Positions 1 to 8,927 of a DNA stretch of 64,000 bases are shown here, piece after piece. Below the pieces are notes generated by a model. The model ran no database searches. It saw only the letters and a list, made by a program, of their open reading frames with translations, and was not told the DNA's origin. The position numbers and the translations under genes were made by a program. Origin of the DNA: Bacillota bacterium. GTDB taxonomy: Bacteria; Bacillota; Clostridia; Christensenellales; UMGS416. The stretch spans positions 17,059 through 81,058 of the forward strand of contig JAEEJN010000078.1 of NCBI GenBank assembly GCA_016281935.1, given 5' to 3'. The first letter of the stretch is position 1, and the number at the start of each line of letters is the position of its first letter.

Positions 1-123
1 CCTCGCAGTCAGTGTCGACGTCTTTCCGCTGCCGGCTCCGGCCAAGATCAAGACAGCGCCTTCGGTCTGTAGTACCGCCTGGCGCTGACGATCATTGAGA
101 CGTTCCAGATAGGGATGGTTCAA
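1..123 (-). CDS. UvrD/PcrA-family ATP-dependent DNA helicase, N-terminal fragment (gene runs off the left edge)
   Basis: Minus-strand translation from TTG at 123 gives (M)[40 protein letters not shown]. This has the LNxxQxxAV box plus Walker A AGAGSGKT typical of UvrD/PcrA/Rep. The TTG overlaps the TGA of the upstream yerC-like gene (TTGA). It is absent from the ORF track because it is truncated. Confidence 0.7.
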   Translation of the reverse strand, partial: MNHPYLERLNDRQRQAVLQTEGAVLILAGAGSGKTSTLTAR

Positions 124-431
124 GAGCCTTTTTCCTCCTCCAGAGCAGCAAGCGCGAGAGCATAACCGTCTGCGCCGTACTGCAGACAGCGGTTCACCCG
201 GCTGATGGTCACAGTGGATGCGCCGATGACATTCACGATCTCCTGATAGGTCTTCCCTTCACGCAGAGCCATCGCTACCTGAAGCCGCTGAACCATGGCC
301 TGCAGTTCGGATACGGAGCACAGGTCTTCAAAAAAACGGGCGCAGTCTTCTTCTGTCCTGAGAGACAGAACGCAGCGATACAAAAGCTCAGCTGATTCGG
401 GTGCCGGATGGGTATGAGTACGGTGTTCCAT
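120..431 (-). CDS. TrpR-like YerC/YecD family DNA-binding protein
   Basis: 103 aa. The C-terminal HTH segment [29 protein letters not shown] is typical of the TrpR/YerC-YecD family. AGGAGG lies 6 nt upstream of the ATG. The position next to a PcrA-type helicase recalls the B. subtilis yerC...pcrA region. Confidence 0.8.
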   Translation of the reverse strand: MEHRTHTHPAPESAELLYRCVLSLRTEEDCARFFEDLCSVSELQAMVQRLQVAMALREGKTYQEIVNVIGASTVTISRVNRCLQYGADGYALALAALEEEKGS

Positions 432-472
432 ACACTGCCTCCTTATGATTTGAGATGATCCCTTCTCCTGTC

Positions 473-501
473 ATTGTAACGCTTTAGAGTGGAAAAGTAA
501 A
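473..501 (-). promoter_or_regulatory. candidate sigma-A promoter of the yerC-like gene
   Basis: Minus strand reads TTTACT-17 nt-TACAAT, about 40 nt upstream of the ATG at 431. Confidence 0.5.
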
Positions 502-528
502 GAATGAACTCGTGCCTGAAATCGTCGC

Positions 529-557
529 TTGAATATCTTCATCTGTCGTGATAAGAT
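529..557 (+). promoter_or_regulatory. candidate sigma-A promoter of the 581..1261 gene
   Basis: TTGAAT-17 nt-TAAGAT with an upstream TG (extended -10), about 25 nt before the ATG at 581. Confidence 0.5.
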
Positions 558-580
558 GAATCTGCAATAGGGGGAAAGCC

Positions 581-1261
581 ATGAGTACACTGGATTTTAC
601 GATCCATACGGAAAAAGATCTTCGGGAAGCAGTCATGGATCTTGGCTTTCTGCCTTTTTTTTCGAATTCCATCCCCGGTTTCTCCATCGAAGAGCACTGC
701 CCGCCCGATATCTGGTTCACAGATGAGCCCGGTCCCTGGGAATGGAAAGGCCCCGTCATTCGGCAAACAGGATGTGCGTACGGCAAGTTCCTTGAACACA
801 AGGCCGTCTACATCAGTCCGGAGCTCTTCCCTGATTTTGCCAATTTCCGCAGAGACGGATATGATTTTGATTCCCGCTATGAGGAAGGACTTGCCACACA
901 GCGTGAGAACGTGATGTACGGGCTAATCTCCGAAAACGCACCTATCCTCTCCAAAAGCCTCAAAGCACTGGGGAATTACCGCAAAGGCGGGAACAAGGGA
1001 TTCGACCCTGTCATGCTTTCTCTGCAGAGCCGATGTTATGTACTGATCTCCGATTTCCGTTACATGACCGACAAGTTCGGACGGCGGTATGGCTGGGGGG
1101 TTGCTGAGTACTCGACTCCCGAACGGTTTATGGGCTCATCATTCACAGACAGGGTATATGTCCGTGAACCGGAGGAATCCAGAGATCGCGTATTGTCTCA
1201 TCTTTCCCGGATCCTGCCGGGAACGGATACAGCATCTCTCATGCATATCCTGAAAGGATAA
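581..1261 (+). CDS. conserved cytoplasmic protein, possibly AlkZ-related/YcaQ-like winged-helix family
   Basis: 226 aa with no TM segment or signal peptide. GGGGGAAAG SD lies before the ATG. The GPWEWKGP and YGWGVAEYSTPE blocks resemble a widespread Firmicutes family that I recall being annotated AlkZ-related. The family assignment is from memory only. Confidence 0.7.
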   Translation: MSTLDFTIHTEKDLREAVMDLGFLPFFSNSIPGFSIEEHCPPDIWFTDEPGPWEWKGPVIRQTGCAYGKFLEHKAVYISPELFPDFANFRRDGYDFDSRYEEGLATQRENVMYGLISENAPILSKSLKALGNYRKGGNKGFDPVMLSLQSRCYVLISDFRYMTDKFGRRYGWGVAEYSTPERFMGSSFTDRVYVREPEESRDRVLSHLSRILPGTDTASLMHILKG

Positions 1262-1313
1262 TCCCGATCCGGCATACGGCCGGTATCGGATCACTGATAA
1301 CAAGGAGGATAAC

Positions 1314-2294
1314 ATGGATAAAAGAACGCGTGTGCTTGCTGCAATGAACGGAGATCCAGTAGACCATGTGCCCGTCGGTTTCTGGTTCCATTTCAGTGGT
1401 GAAGAAGCCAAGGGAGACGCTTGTGTGCAAGCCCATCTGAAGTACTATCGGGAGACCGACCTGGATTTCCTTAAAGTCATGTGCGATGGATATTTTGTTC
1501 TCCCGATCCCCGAGATCAAAACGGTAGAAGACATCGCCAACATCAAGCCTCTGCCGCAGGATCATCCCTACATCACGGAGCAGCTTGAACGCGCCCGCGC
1601 CATCGTGGAAGCGATTGGAAAAGAACGCTGCGTCTTCTATAACGTTTTCGCGCCTTTCTCCTCTCTTCGTTTCGCTCTGGAAGCACAGGGATATAAAGAC
1701 GATCAGATCACGGCTTTCGTCAAAGAAGATCCTCTTTCCGTCATGAAAGGTCTGGATGCGATTGCTCAGACCGCAGCTTATCTCTGCGAGAAACTGATCA
1801 CCGAATCCGGTGTTGACGGCATCTATTACCCCGTGCAGAGCGCAGAGGAAACACGCTTCACGATGGAAGAATACTGGGATTGGATCAGCCCCAGTGATCT
1901 GTATGTGCTCGAACACGCCAACCGCTATTCCGAGAACAACATCCTCCACTGTTGCGGCTGGGCCGGCAATATGAACCAGTTGGAAGTCTGGCAGGATTAT
2001 CCCTCCAAGGTCGTGAACTGGGCTGTACACGTAGAAGGCATGGATCTGCAGGAAGGCCGCTTCTTCTTCGACGGCCGCACAGCGCTTGGCGGCTTTGAGA
2101 CACACTGGGATGCACAGCACCATGATCAGGGTATGATCTACACCGCTTCCAAGGAAGACCTGCAGGCCTATACACGCAACATGATCCTTGATTTCGGTAA
2201 GCGCGGCCTGATGCTCGGCGGCGACTGCACGATCGATGCGACCTTACCCTGGGAACGCATCAAGTGGATCGTGGAGGCAGCCAGGTCTCTGTAA
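1314..2294 (+). CDS. uroporphyrinogen decarboxylase (URO-D) family protein, MtaA/CmuA-like
   Basis: 326 aa. The N-terminus DHVPVGFWFHF...YYRETDLDFLKVM and the overall length fit the URO-D-fold family. AGGAGG SD is present. Confidence 0.8.
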   Translation: MDKRTRVLAAMNGDPVDHVPVGFWFHFSGEEAKGDACVQAHLKYYRETDLDFLKVMCDGYFVLPIPEIKTVEDIANIKPLPQDHPYITEQLERARAIVEAIGKERCVFYNVFAPFSSLRFALEAQGYKDDQITAFVKEDPLSVMKGLDAIAQTAAYLCEKLITESGVDGIYYPVQSAEETRFTMEEYWDWISPSDLYVLEHANRYSENNILHCCGWAGNMNQLEVWQDYPSKVVNWAVHVEGMDLQEGRFFFDGRTALGGFETHWDAQHHDQGMIYTASKEDLQAYTRNMILDFGKRGLMLGGDCTIDATLPWERIKWIVEAARSL

Positions 2295-2305
2295 ACAATC
2301 AGAAC

Positions 2306-2340
2306 AATCCGCTGTTTGCGCAACAGCGGATTTTTCTTTT
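2306..2340 (+). terminator. rho-independent terminator
   Basis: AATCCGCTGTT-tgcgc-AACAGCGGATT followed by TTTTCTTTT. Confidence 0.75.
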
Positions 2341-2384
2341 CATGTGGGGGATGAAACCCATTCATAAACGGAAAGGAGAAGTTT

Positions 2385-3551
2385 ATGTCCTACCTGATTC
2401 TTCCCGGTCTCAAACCGGATGGAAAGATCTATTTTGACCCGGATATGGAGATCCTTGAGGCGTTCCTTCCTACAGGCGGCTTTGCATCCGCTCACGCTCC
2501 GGCTCTGACGGAACTGCAGGACAGTACTCTTCTCTGCGCCTGGTTTGCCGGAAGCGCAGAAGGCAATCCCGATGTCAGGATCGTCCTGTCAAGACTCAAG
2601 CCCGGGGCCGGTTGCTGGACTGAACCCGTTTCTCTCGCCCACGATCCGGAACGCAGCGAACAAAACCCCTCCTTCTTCAGTTCGCCCACAGGAGACCTGT
2701 GGGCCGTATATACGGCTCAGTTGGCCAAAGAGGCCGGAAAAGACAATATGCAGTTCACTTCTCAGATCCGTCGCCAGATCAGTGCAGACGGAGGAATGAG
2801 CTGGAGTCAGCCTGAGATCCTGTTTTCACGTTCCGGCAGTTTCTGCCGTCAGCCTATCCAGATCCTTTCTTCCGGACGGTGGATCTTTTCCCAGTGGCTG
2901 TGTTCGGACGGGGATGATCATCTGGCCGGAGATCCTACGGTGTTTCAAATCTCAGATGACCAGGGACGGACCTGGAGACAGGTCGACATGCCAAAAAGCA
3001 GCGGCCGTGTCCACGCACAAATCGTCGAATTCAGTCCGGGTCGCCTCACTGCATTCATGCGCAGCCGGGAAGCCGATTTCATATACCGGAGTGAGTCCCA
3101 GGATGACGGAGATTCCTGGACAGTACCTGTTCCGACGATCCTTCCGAACAACAACAGTTCGATCTCCGCACTGATCCTTCAAAGCGGGCGGCTGGCCATC
3201 GCCTACAATCCCACAAGTTCTCCCTCTGTTCAAAGAGGACAGGCGTCCTGGCCCGGACTGCGCTGTCCGATCGCCGTAGCCCTCAGCGAGGATGAAGGAC
3301 AGAGTTTCCCCCTGATCCGTATCATGGAAAGAGGAGAAGGGTTTTCAGGATCAGAAAACCGAAGCAGCAACCGACGTTATGAATACCCCTGCCTGATCCA
3401 GGGAAAAGGCGGCATGCTCCATCTTGCCTATGCCGCAAGGAATCGTCAGGGAATCAAAGTCCTGTCATTTACCGAAGCCGATATCCTGGGAGGCACAAGG
3501 ACAAAAACATCCTATTTCAATCCTACTTCGAGTCAGCAGTCTTCCCGATAA
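2385..3551 (+). CDS. BNR/Asp-box repeat sialidase-family protein, no signal peptide
   Basis: 388 aa. Four Asp-boxes (SADGGMSW, SDDQGRTW, SQDDGDSW, SEDEGQSF) and an N-terminal HAPALTELQDSTLLCAWFAG block typical of BNR_2-type sialidase-like proteins. GGAGAAG SD is present. Confidence 0.8.
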   Translation: MSYLILPGLKPDGKIYFDPDMEILEAFLPTGGFASAHAPALTELQDSTLLCAWFAGSAEGNPDVRIVLSRLKPGAGCWTEPVSLAHDPERSEQNPSFFSSPTGDLWAVYTAQLAKEAGKDNMQFTSQIRRQISADGGMSWSQPEILFSRSGSFCRQPIQILSSGRWIFSQWLCSDGDDHLAGDPTVFQISDDQGRTWRQVDMPKSSGRVHAQIVEFSPGRLTAFMRSREADFIYRSESQDDGDSWTVPVPTILPNNNSSISALILQSGRLAIAYNPTSSPSVQRGQASWPGLRCPIAVALSEDEGQSFPLIRIMERGEGFSGSENRSSNRRYEYPCLIQGKGGMLHLAYAARNRQGIKVLSFTEADILGGTRTKTSYFNPTSSQQSSR

Positions 3552-3564
3552 TCAGAAACAAAGA

Positions 3565-3610
3565 TACCGTTCCGAAAGCCATGGTATAGCGATCGGAACG
3601 GTATTTTTCT
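3565..3610 (+). terminator. probable terminator
   Basis: TACCGTTCCGA...TCGGAACGGTA (11-bp stem with a large 17-nt loop) followed by TTTTT. Confidence 0.5.
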
Positions 3611-3642
3611 GCTGATTTCACTTACACCTGACGGACTCGGGA

Positions 3643-4335
3643 TCATTTCCTGTCATCCGTGAAGAAAGTCCTCCATCTGAACAGATCATAGAAATCGAAC
3701 CGGGACTCAAGGAATCTTGAAAACAGACTGATGATAAACCCATTGATCAGAGCACACAGGATCGTTCCCCAACGCACTCCCACGAAATGTCCCCATCCGA
3801 AGATCGCAAAACTCATGAGAAGCCCCGTAAGACAGCTGACGATATCATAGCCGGTCTTGAACTTGTGGATATCACAGCGGAAAGCTGAAGAGACTTCCTT
3901 TACAAACAGTTCATAGACTTCGGGTGAGATATAAGTGTGGAACATGAGCGATACGCCTGCAGAACAGAAGAGCATGCCCGCAAAGTACCATATGAACCTC
4001 TGCCAGTACGCATAAGCAGGCAAAAAAGCGCCAAGCGCCATGAAACCATCCAGTATAAAGCCATAGACGACAGCAGTCAGAAAAGAAAACAGCCAGCCCC
4101 AGCGAAAGCGCCTGAGGAGGATCATCATGGCAAGAAGAAGTACTGCCTGGAGTGTATATTCGGCCATTCCAAAAGAGAACACAGGCCAGAACGGATTCAG
4201 CCAGCGATAGAGAAGATAAGCCGGTGCTACGACCATGGAAACACCGAAATCCGATTTTTCCATCAGGGTCACGCCTATGGCAAGGCAAATCAGTGCGACA
4301 CAATACGCAAGTTCAGAGGAAAACCTTTTCTTCAT
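3643..4335 (-). CDS. multi-pass membrane protein (YczE/DUF6198-like)
   Basis: 230 aa with about 6 hydrophobic helices and a GGGAGAG SD. The family name is from memory and is low-certainty. Confidence 0.7.
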   Translation of the reverse strand: MKKRFSSELAYCVALICLAIGVTLMEKSDFGVSMVVAPAYLLYRWLNPFWPVFSFGMAEYTLQAVLLLAMMILLRRFRWGWLFSFLTAVVYGFILDGFMALGAFLPAYAYWQRFIWYFAGMLFCSAGVSLMFHTYISPEVYELFVKEVSSAFRCDIHKFKTGYDIVSCLTGLLMSFAIFGWGHFVGVRWGTILCALINGFIISLFSRFLESRFDFYDLFRWRTFFTDDRK

Positions 4336-4496
4336 CCTGTCTTCTCTCCCTTCGCAGAATCCAATATGGAATTATTACAGAGAACAGTATCTCTGTCAAG
4401 GTCATGATGGCAACCGGGCTTTCCGAACACTGTTTTCGGCAAATGGATGGATTTGGTCTCTTTTCAGCGCAAAGTGTCTGAATCATGGCCCGCAAA

Positions 4497-4523
4497 TTAG
4501 CACTCGCCTCTTGACAGTGCTGC
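4497..4523. promoter_or_regulatory. CIRCE-like (HrcA operator-like) imperfect inverted repeat overlapping the hsp20 promoter
   Basis: TTAGCACTC-N9-CAGTGCTGC compared with the CIRCE consensus TTAGCACTC-N9-GAGTGCTAA. The left arm is perfect and the right arm matches 6/9. The repeat spans the -35 hexamer. Confidence 0.4.
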
Positions 4524-4539
4524 TAATATGAGTATAATA
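4511..4539 (+). promoter_or_regulatory. consensus sigma-A promoter of hsp20
   Basis: TTGACA (4511-4516), a 17-nt spacer, then TATAAT (4534-4539). Confidence 0.75.
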
Positions 4540-4644
4540 AGAATTGAACAAAGGAGCAGCGATCAGAAAGACCACCGTCCCGATGCTCAAGCAAAAACAT
4601 GGCGTGGCCGCCAGAGCGGCCCAACACCCGAGGAGGTAAGAGTT

Positions 4645-5082
4645 ATGTTTATGCCGAGTATCTTTGCTGAGAATTTGTTCGATGACTGGTTCGATTTCCC
4701 TCGTTTCAATGAGGCGGATCGAAAACTCTACGGCAAGAATGCAGCACATGAAATGAAGACCGACGTCCGTGATCATGACGATCACTATGAAGTGGATATC
4801 GATCTTCCGGGCTTTGCCAAGGACGAAATCACGCTCACCCTTGACAGCGGATATCTGACGGTCACAGCTGTAAAAGGGCTGAATACGGAAAACAAGGACA
4901 AAGCTGGCAAAGTAATCCGTCAGGAGCGCTATGCCGGCACTCTGCAGCGGAGTTTCTATGTTGGTGAAGCTCTGAGAGAAGAGGATATCGGTGCCAAACT
5001 GGAGCACGGTGTCCTGAGCCTGAACATTCCGAAGAAGGAAAGCCAGAAACTTCCTGAAAGAAAGACCATCATGATCGAATGA
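4645..5082 (+). CDS. Hsp20/alpha-crystallin family small heat-shock protein
   Basis: 145 aa. The alpha-crystallin domain reads DVRDHDDHYEVDIDLPGFAKDEITL...GVLSLNIPK. GAGGAGG lies 7 nt before the ATG at 4645. The ORF-track start at 4528 sits inside the promoter and is rejected. Confidence 0.9.
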   Translation: MFMPSIFAENLFDDWFDFPRFNEADRKLYGKNAAHEMKTDVRDHDDHYEVDIDLPGFAKDEITLTLDSGYLTVTAVKGLNTENKDKAGKVIRQERYAGTLQRSFYVGEALREEDIGAKLEHGVLSLNIPKKESQKLPERKTIMIE

Positions 5083-5110
5083 TGAAGTCGGGCAATCCCA
5101 AGAACAGAAG

Positions 5111-5140
5111 AAGCGGGGAGCATAAAGCTCCCCGCTTTTT
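5111..5140 (+). terminator. rho-independent terminator of hsp20
   Basis: AAGCGGGGAGC-ataaa-GCTCCCCGCTT followed by a T-run. Confidence 0.85.
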
Positions 5141-5162
5141 CATATCTTCCAGAGGTCATAAA

Positions 5163-5195
5163 TCAAAGAAAAGGCTGTCTTCTTTCGAGACAGCC
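5163..5195 (-). terminator. rho-independent terminator of the ABC/GldG operon
   Basis: Minus strand reads GGCTGTCT-cgaaaga-AGACAGCC followed by TTTTCTTTG. Confidence 0.7.
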
Positions 5196-5213
5196 CCTTG
5201 AAATCAGAATGGA

Positions 5214-6704
5214 TTACTCAAGTACCAGCGATGCGTTGCTGATGATATCCTGCAGAGCAGCGTGATCCACATAGAAATCGAACTTGCCGTCGATCTCCAG
5301 AGCATAGAAGTCATGACGATACTCGAAGAATCGGATTGTACGCTGGTTCATGCCTGTAGAACGGACATTCAGACGGCAGATCAATTCCGCTTCACATTCG
5401 CCCTCCGGAACATAATCGTCAGGCAGTTCACCGTATACACGGAGTCCGACCACATGAGTATACCATGAACCGAAAGTCCGGCGGTCCAGTTCGCGTCCGT
5501 TGACCGTCACCTTCTGTTCGATCGTGGTATTGGTCATACCGACTGAATCCTCGATCGTAACAGGGTTGCCGTCAGAATCCGTGATGATCTGTTCCACATC
5601 CGCATGCACCTGGACCCCGCCTCCCGTGAAATCAAGAGATTCGAGGTAGGAAAGGGAGATATAGTTCAGCAGCGGATCCGCCAGGGAAGAAGCGGCCACA
5701 TCGATGATTCCGTTCAGGTCCGCAGCATTGATACGATAAACTGCGGTATCATCGTTCACTTTGCAGTAGCGGTACGCGTCTTTGACAGAAACAGCTGTAT
5801 CGAACAGATCACCAATCGTCAGAACGATCGATGCATCTGCTGTTTTGACCGTCAGGCGGTAGATCGGTTCAGCCAATCCGTAAGATTCCAGATCAGCGGC
5901 CGAAGGTTCGGGATTCACCAGTCCGCTCGGTCCTTTGATCTGATCAGCGACCAGCTTGATGAATTCATCCTGAGCATCAAGATCGGCCTGGATGTCATAC
6001 GGTTTGATCAGCCGTCCCGTATTCACATTGCCGTACGTTCCGGAGGGAACGACGAGAAGGTGAACGATCTCATCCGTCTTGAATCTCTCCACACAGACTT
6101 CCGTGATCGTTTCCTCCGCGCCTACAAAGGCGGGGAGCTCCCAATACCCGTAGTACTCGGTCGTAAGATAGTGGATGTTCAGCGTATTCACGACGAATAT
6201 CCTGTCATCCCCTTCTTTCGTCACGTAGTAACCGGTTTTTCCGGGGTTCTCATCGCCGATATAGATCGTTTCCTCTGCGCCATTGGTGTAATGGATTCTG
6301 ACGGTATATGCAGGATTATCCAGTCCGAAATTGGCTTTGTAGGTCTGATCCTCGGCAGCGATGCCGGAAGAACCGAGGTTCTTCATCAATCCGGTAGTGG
6401 AAGCGATATTATAGTTGTTGACGCCCGCATCAGGATAATCTTTCATCTTCCATACTCGGGCAGCAGTATCTTCATCCAGACGTGATTCCAAAGCAGTCAC
6501 TTCATCGGAGTCCCTGCGAACCACTTCGAAACTCTCTACGCTGCATTCCGCTCCGTAGCTGGTGATATAGACCGATTTGGGAACCGGTGTTTTTTCTGCT
6601 GCGGCACGGTTTTCCTGGATCATGGGAGCCAGCCATACGGCCAGGGCGCCGATCACGAGGACGGCGACCACACCGAACAGCAGGTTTCGCATCAGTTTGC
6701 TCAT
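5214..6704 (-). CDS. DUF4340-like membrane-anchored protein, last gene of the GldG-type ABC cassette
   Basis: 496 aa with an N-terminal TM anchor (LLFGVVAVLVIGALAVWLAP). GAGGAGG SD is present. It sits directly downstream of a GldG-like gene, the usual context for DUF4340. Confidence 0.7.
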   Translation of the reverse strand: MSKLMRNLLFGVVAVLVIGALAVWLAPMIQENRAAAEKTPVPKSVYITSYGAECSVESFEVVRRDSDEVTALESRLDEDTAARVWKMKDYPDAGVNNYNIASTTGLMKNLGSSGIAAEDQTYKANFGLDNPAYTVRIHYTNGAEETIYIGDENPGKTGYYVTKEGDDRIFVVNTLNIHYLTTEYYGYWELPAFVGAEETITEVCVERFKTDEIVHLLVVPSGTYGNVNTGRLIKPYDIQADLDAQDEFIKLVADQIKGPSGLVNPEPSAADLESYGLAEPIYRLTVKTADASIVLTIGDLFDTAVSVKDAYRYCKVNDDTAVYRINAADLNGIIDVAASSLADPLLNYISLSYLESLDFTGGGVQVHADVEQIITDSDGNPVTIEDSVGMTNTTIEQKVTVNGRELDRRTFGSWYTHVVGLRVYGELPDDYVPEGECEAELICRLNVRSTGMNQRTIRFFEYRHDFYALEIDGKFDFYVDHAALQDIISNASLVLE

Positions 6705-6715
6705 GCGGCCTCCTC

Positions 6716-8209
6716 TTACAGATGTCTGCGCCGCATGTAGACCACGAGGCCGACCACGATAAAGATCAGCGGGATCACAGCGACACAGATCGCGATGCAG
6801 GTATAGACCTGACTGTAGTTGTCGAAATACAGACGGCTCGCATTCACGTTTTTACCGCGAATGAAGATGTCATCCGTCTGTCCTCTCATCCAAGCCAGTC
6901 CGTTGGCGAGAAGATCGGAATTCGCATAGGCAGACAGGGTAGCAGGATAAATCAGGCCTTCTTTAGCGCACGTGAAAACGAGCATCTTGGAATTCACAGT
7001 CACTTCATCCCCGGCCCATGCAGCCACAGCAATCGTAAAGGGGCCTTCAGCGTCGCCCGCTTCTTTTTCAATCTCAGCTCCGGACTGGATGGTCGTTTTG
7101 AAGAACGAAGTCACGGAAGAAGAGAGGAGCGGCTCGACATGCATCTGTGCGGAACTCATATCCGAAGGCACGGACAGTCTGCCCGCACTGGGCATGACGA
7201 CGCGCAGACCGGTTTCCTTCAAAGGAGACACGATCTCATGATCGGTGTAGTTCGGGAGAAGGTACATGGGATAAGGCGGCTGGTAGAAATTCGCATCGGA
7301 CTCCACCACAGCGCCATCCACATAGGAGATGCCGTAATAGGAAAGCAGAGAATCCACATTGGGCATGGGCACGTCACCGCGCAGACCGGAAATGGCAAGG
7401 AACACTTTGCCGTCGCGATCCAGATAAGTGCGCAGCGCTTCCTGTTCCGCATCCGTCAGATCCACAAGAGGATTGAGGATCATCACGATCTCATCCGTCA
7501 GGGGCTCGCTGAGCGCATCCAGGGCGGAAATCGTCACATCATAATTCTCATCCTGCAGGAATCCGATGAGTTCAGCCAGCTGATCCGAAGAAGGTTCGCC
7601 ATGGCCCTGGGTCAGGATAATCTCCTGGCTCTGTCCGGAAAGGACATGATAGATGGCGGATGTCAGTTTGCTTTCCACGTTGACCATCGTGATCTGGTTC
7701 TCTTCGCTGGTCGAATCATGCACATAGAGGTTTTCATAATCTATGACACGGAAAGCCGACTGATCTTCGTTCGTTACGACGATCGAACCGGTATGGATAC
7801 CGAGATTGTTCTTATCGAACTGCTTGACGAATGCCGGGTTGCGTTCGGGATCTACGTTCTGCGCATGCACTTTCATGGAAAGTCCCGCATAACGGTTTAC
7901 GATCGCCTGTACCGTATCGTCTTCAGAACCGGTGTTGAACAGGGTGTACAGATAAATGTTCTCGTCCAGATTGCCCACGATGGTCTTCGTTTCTTCCGTC
8001 AGCGTATAGATCTTCGTGGCGGTTACGTCGAGACGAAGAGAAAAGGCGGTATCAAGATAAGAAATGGCGATGTTGCCCAGGATCACAGCCACGACGACGA
8101 TCACGACCATGGCCAACGAATAACCACCGTATACCAGTGATTTCTTCGAGATGAAACCGACGCGCTCCTGAGAAGCCTGTTTTTTCTTGCTGTTCTTAGT
8201 ATTAGTCAT
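6716..8209 (-). CDS. GldG-like ABC-transporter auxiliary protein
   Basis: About 497 aa with N- and C-terminal TM anchors and a large extracytoplasmic domain. I prefer the ATG at 8209 (GAGGA 8 nt upstream) over the GTG at 8224 from the ORF track. Confidence 0.75.
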   Translation of the reverse strand: MTNTKNSKKKQASQERVGFISKKSLVYGGYSLAMVVIVVVAVILGNIAISYLDTAFSLRLDVTATKIYTLTEETKTIVGNLDENIYLYTLFNTGSEDDTVQAIVNRYAGLSMKVHAQNVDPERNPAFVKQFDKNNLGIHTGSIVVTNEDQSAFRVIDYENLYVHDSTSEENQITMVNVESKLTSAIYHVLSGQSQEIILTQGHGEPSSDQLAELIGFLQDENYDVTISALDALSEPLTDEIVMILNPLVDLTDAEQEALRTYLDRDGKVFLAISGLRGDVPMPNVDSLLSYYGISYVDGAVVESDANFYQPPYPMYLLPNYTDHEIVSPLKETGLRVVMPSAGRLSVPSDMSSAQMHVEPLLSSSVTSFFKTTIQSGAEIEKEAGDAEGPFTIAVAAWAGDEVTVNSKMLVFTCAKEGLIYPATLSAYANSDLLANGLAWMRGQTDDIFIRGKNVNASRLYFDNYSQVYTCIAICVAVIPLIFIVVGLVVYMRRRHL

Positions 8210-8213
8210 TTGC

Positions 8214-8924
8214 TTAATCCTCACTCCAGCGCCGCTTCTGCAGGGTCTGAACCGTCAGGAACAGGAACACTCCTGCGAAGCTGAAATAGTACACGATTCC
8301 GGAGAGGGAGAGGAGTCCCATCCCGAAGTCCTGGAAACGGGTATAGGCAGACAGCCAGCCGATCAGAACAGACAGCCACTCAGCGTCGATATAACGGACC
8401 ACGCTGTCAAGAAGGTAGAGCAGGAACACGATGGCGAAAGTAGACACGGCTGCAGTGACCATGGAATCCGTCAGAGAAGACAGGAAGATGCCGAGCGCTA
8501 CAAGCGCCATTCCCAGAAGGAAAAATCCGAAATAGGCAGCAAAGATCTCTCCATAGGAGGGGATTCCGAAGATGCCGATGATGACGACGAACACCAGGGA
8601 CACAGCAAGCGTTAGCATCAGGACAGTCACAGCCGCCAGGAACTTGCCCAAGACGACGTCCCACAGTGTAACGGGGGCGGTCAGGAGGAGCTGATCCGTT
8701 TTGTTCTTGCGGTCTTCACTCATCAGACGCATCGTTAGAATCGGGATGATGAGGATGTACACGAGACTCATGTAAGAGAACGTATAGCTCATATCCGAAG
8801 ACAGCGTCAGAAGATTATATACAGAGAAAATGAATCCGGAAAGCAGAATGAACGCTGCCATGAACACATAAGCCTGAGGAGACTTGAAGTAGTTCTGCAT
8901 TTCACGCTTATAGATTGCCCACAT
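8214..8924 (-). CDS. ABC-2 type transporter permease (GldF-like)
   Basis: 236 aa with 6 TM helices and a GAGGAGG SD. It lies between the ATPase and the GldG-like gene. Confidence 0.85.
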   Translation of the reverse strand: MWAIYKREMQNYFKSPQAYVFMAAFILLSGFIFSVYNLLTLSSDMSYTFSYMSLVYILIIPILTMRLMSEDRKNKTDQLLLTAPVTLWDVVLGKFLAAVTVLMLTLAVSLVFVVIIGIFGIPSYGEIFAAYFGFFLLGMALVALGIFLSSLTDSMVTAAVSTFAIVFLLYLLDSVVRYIDAEWLSVLIGWLSAYTRFQDFGMGLLSLSGIVYYFSFAGVFLFLTVQTLQKRRWSED

Positions 8925-8927
8925 AGT

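Noticed and set aside
4528-4644. Upstream extension of the hsp20 ORF (track start at 4528).
   Set aside because: The ATG at 4528 lies inside the spacer of the TTGACA-17-TATAAT promoter. The ATG at 4645 has a GAGGAGG SD, and the product then matches the usual small-HSP length.
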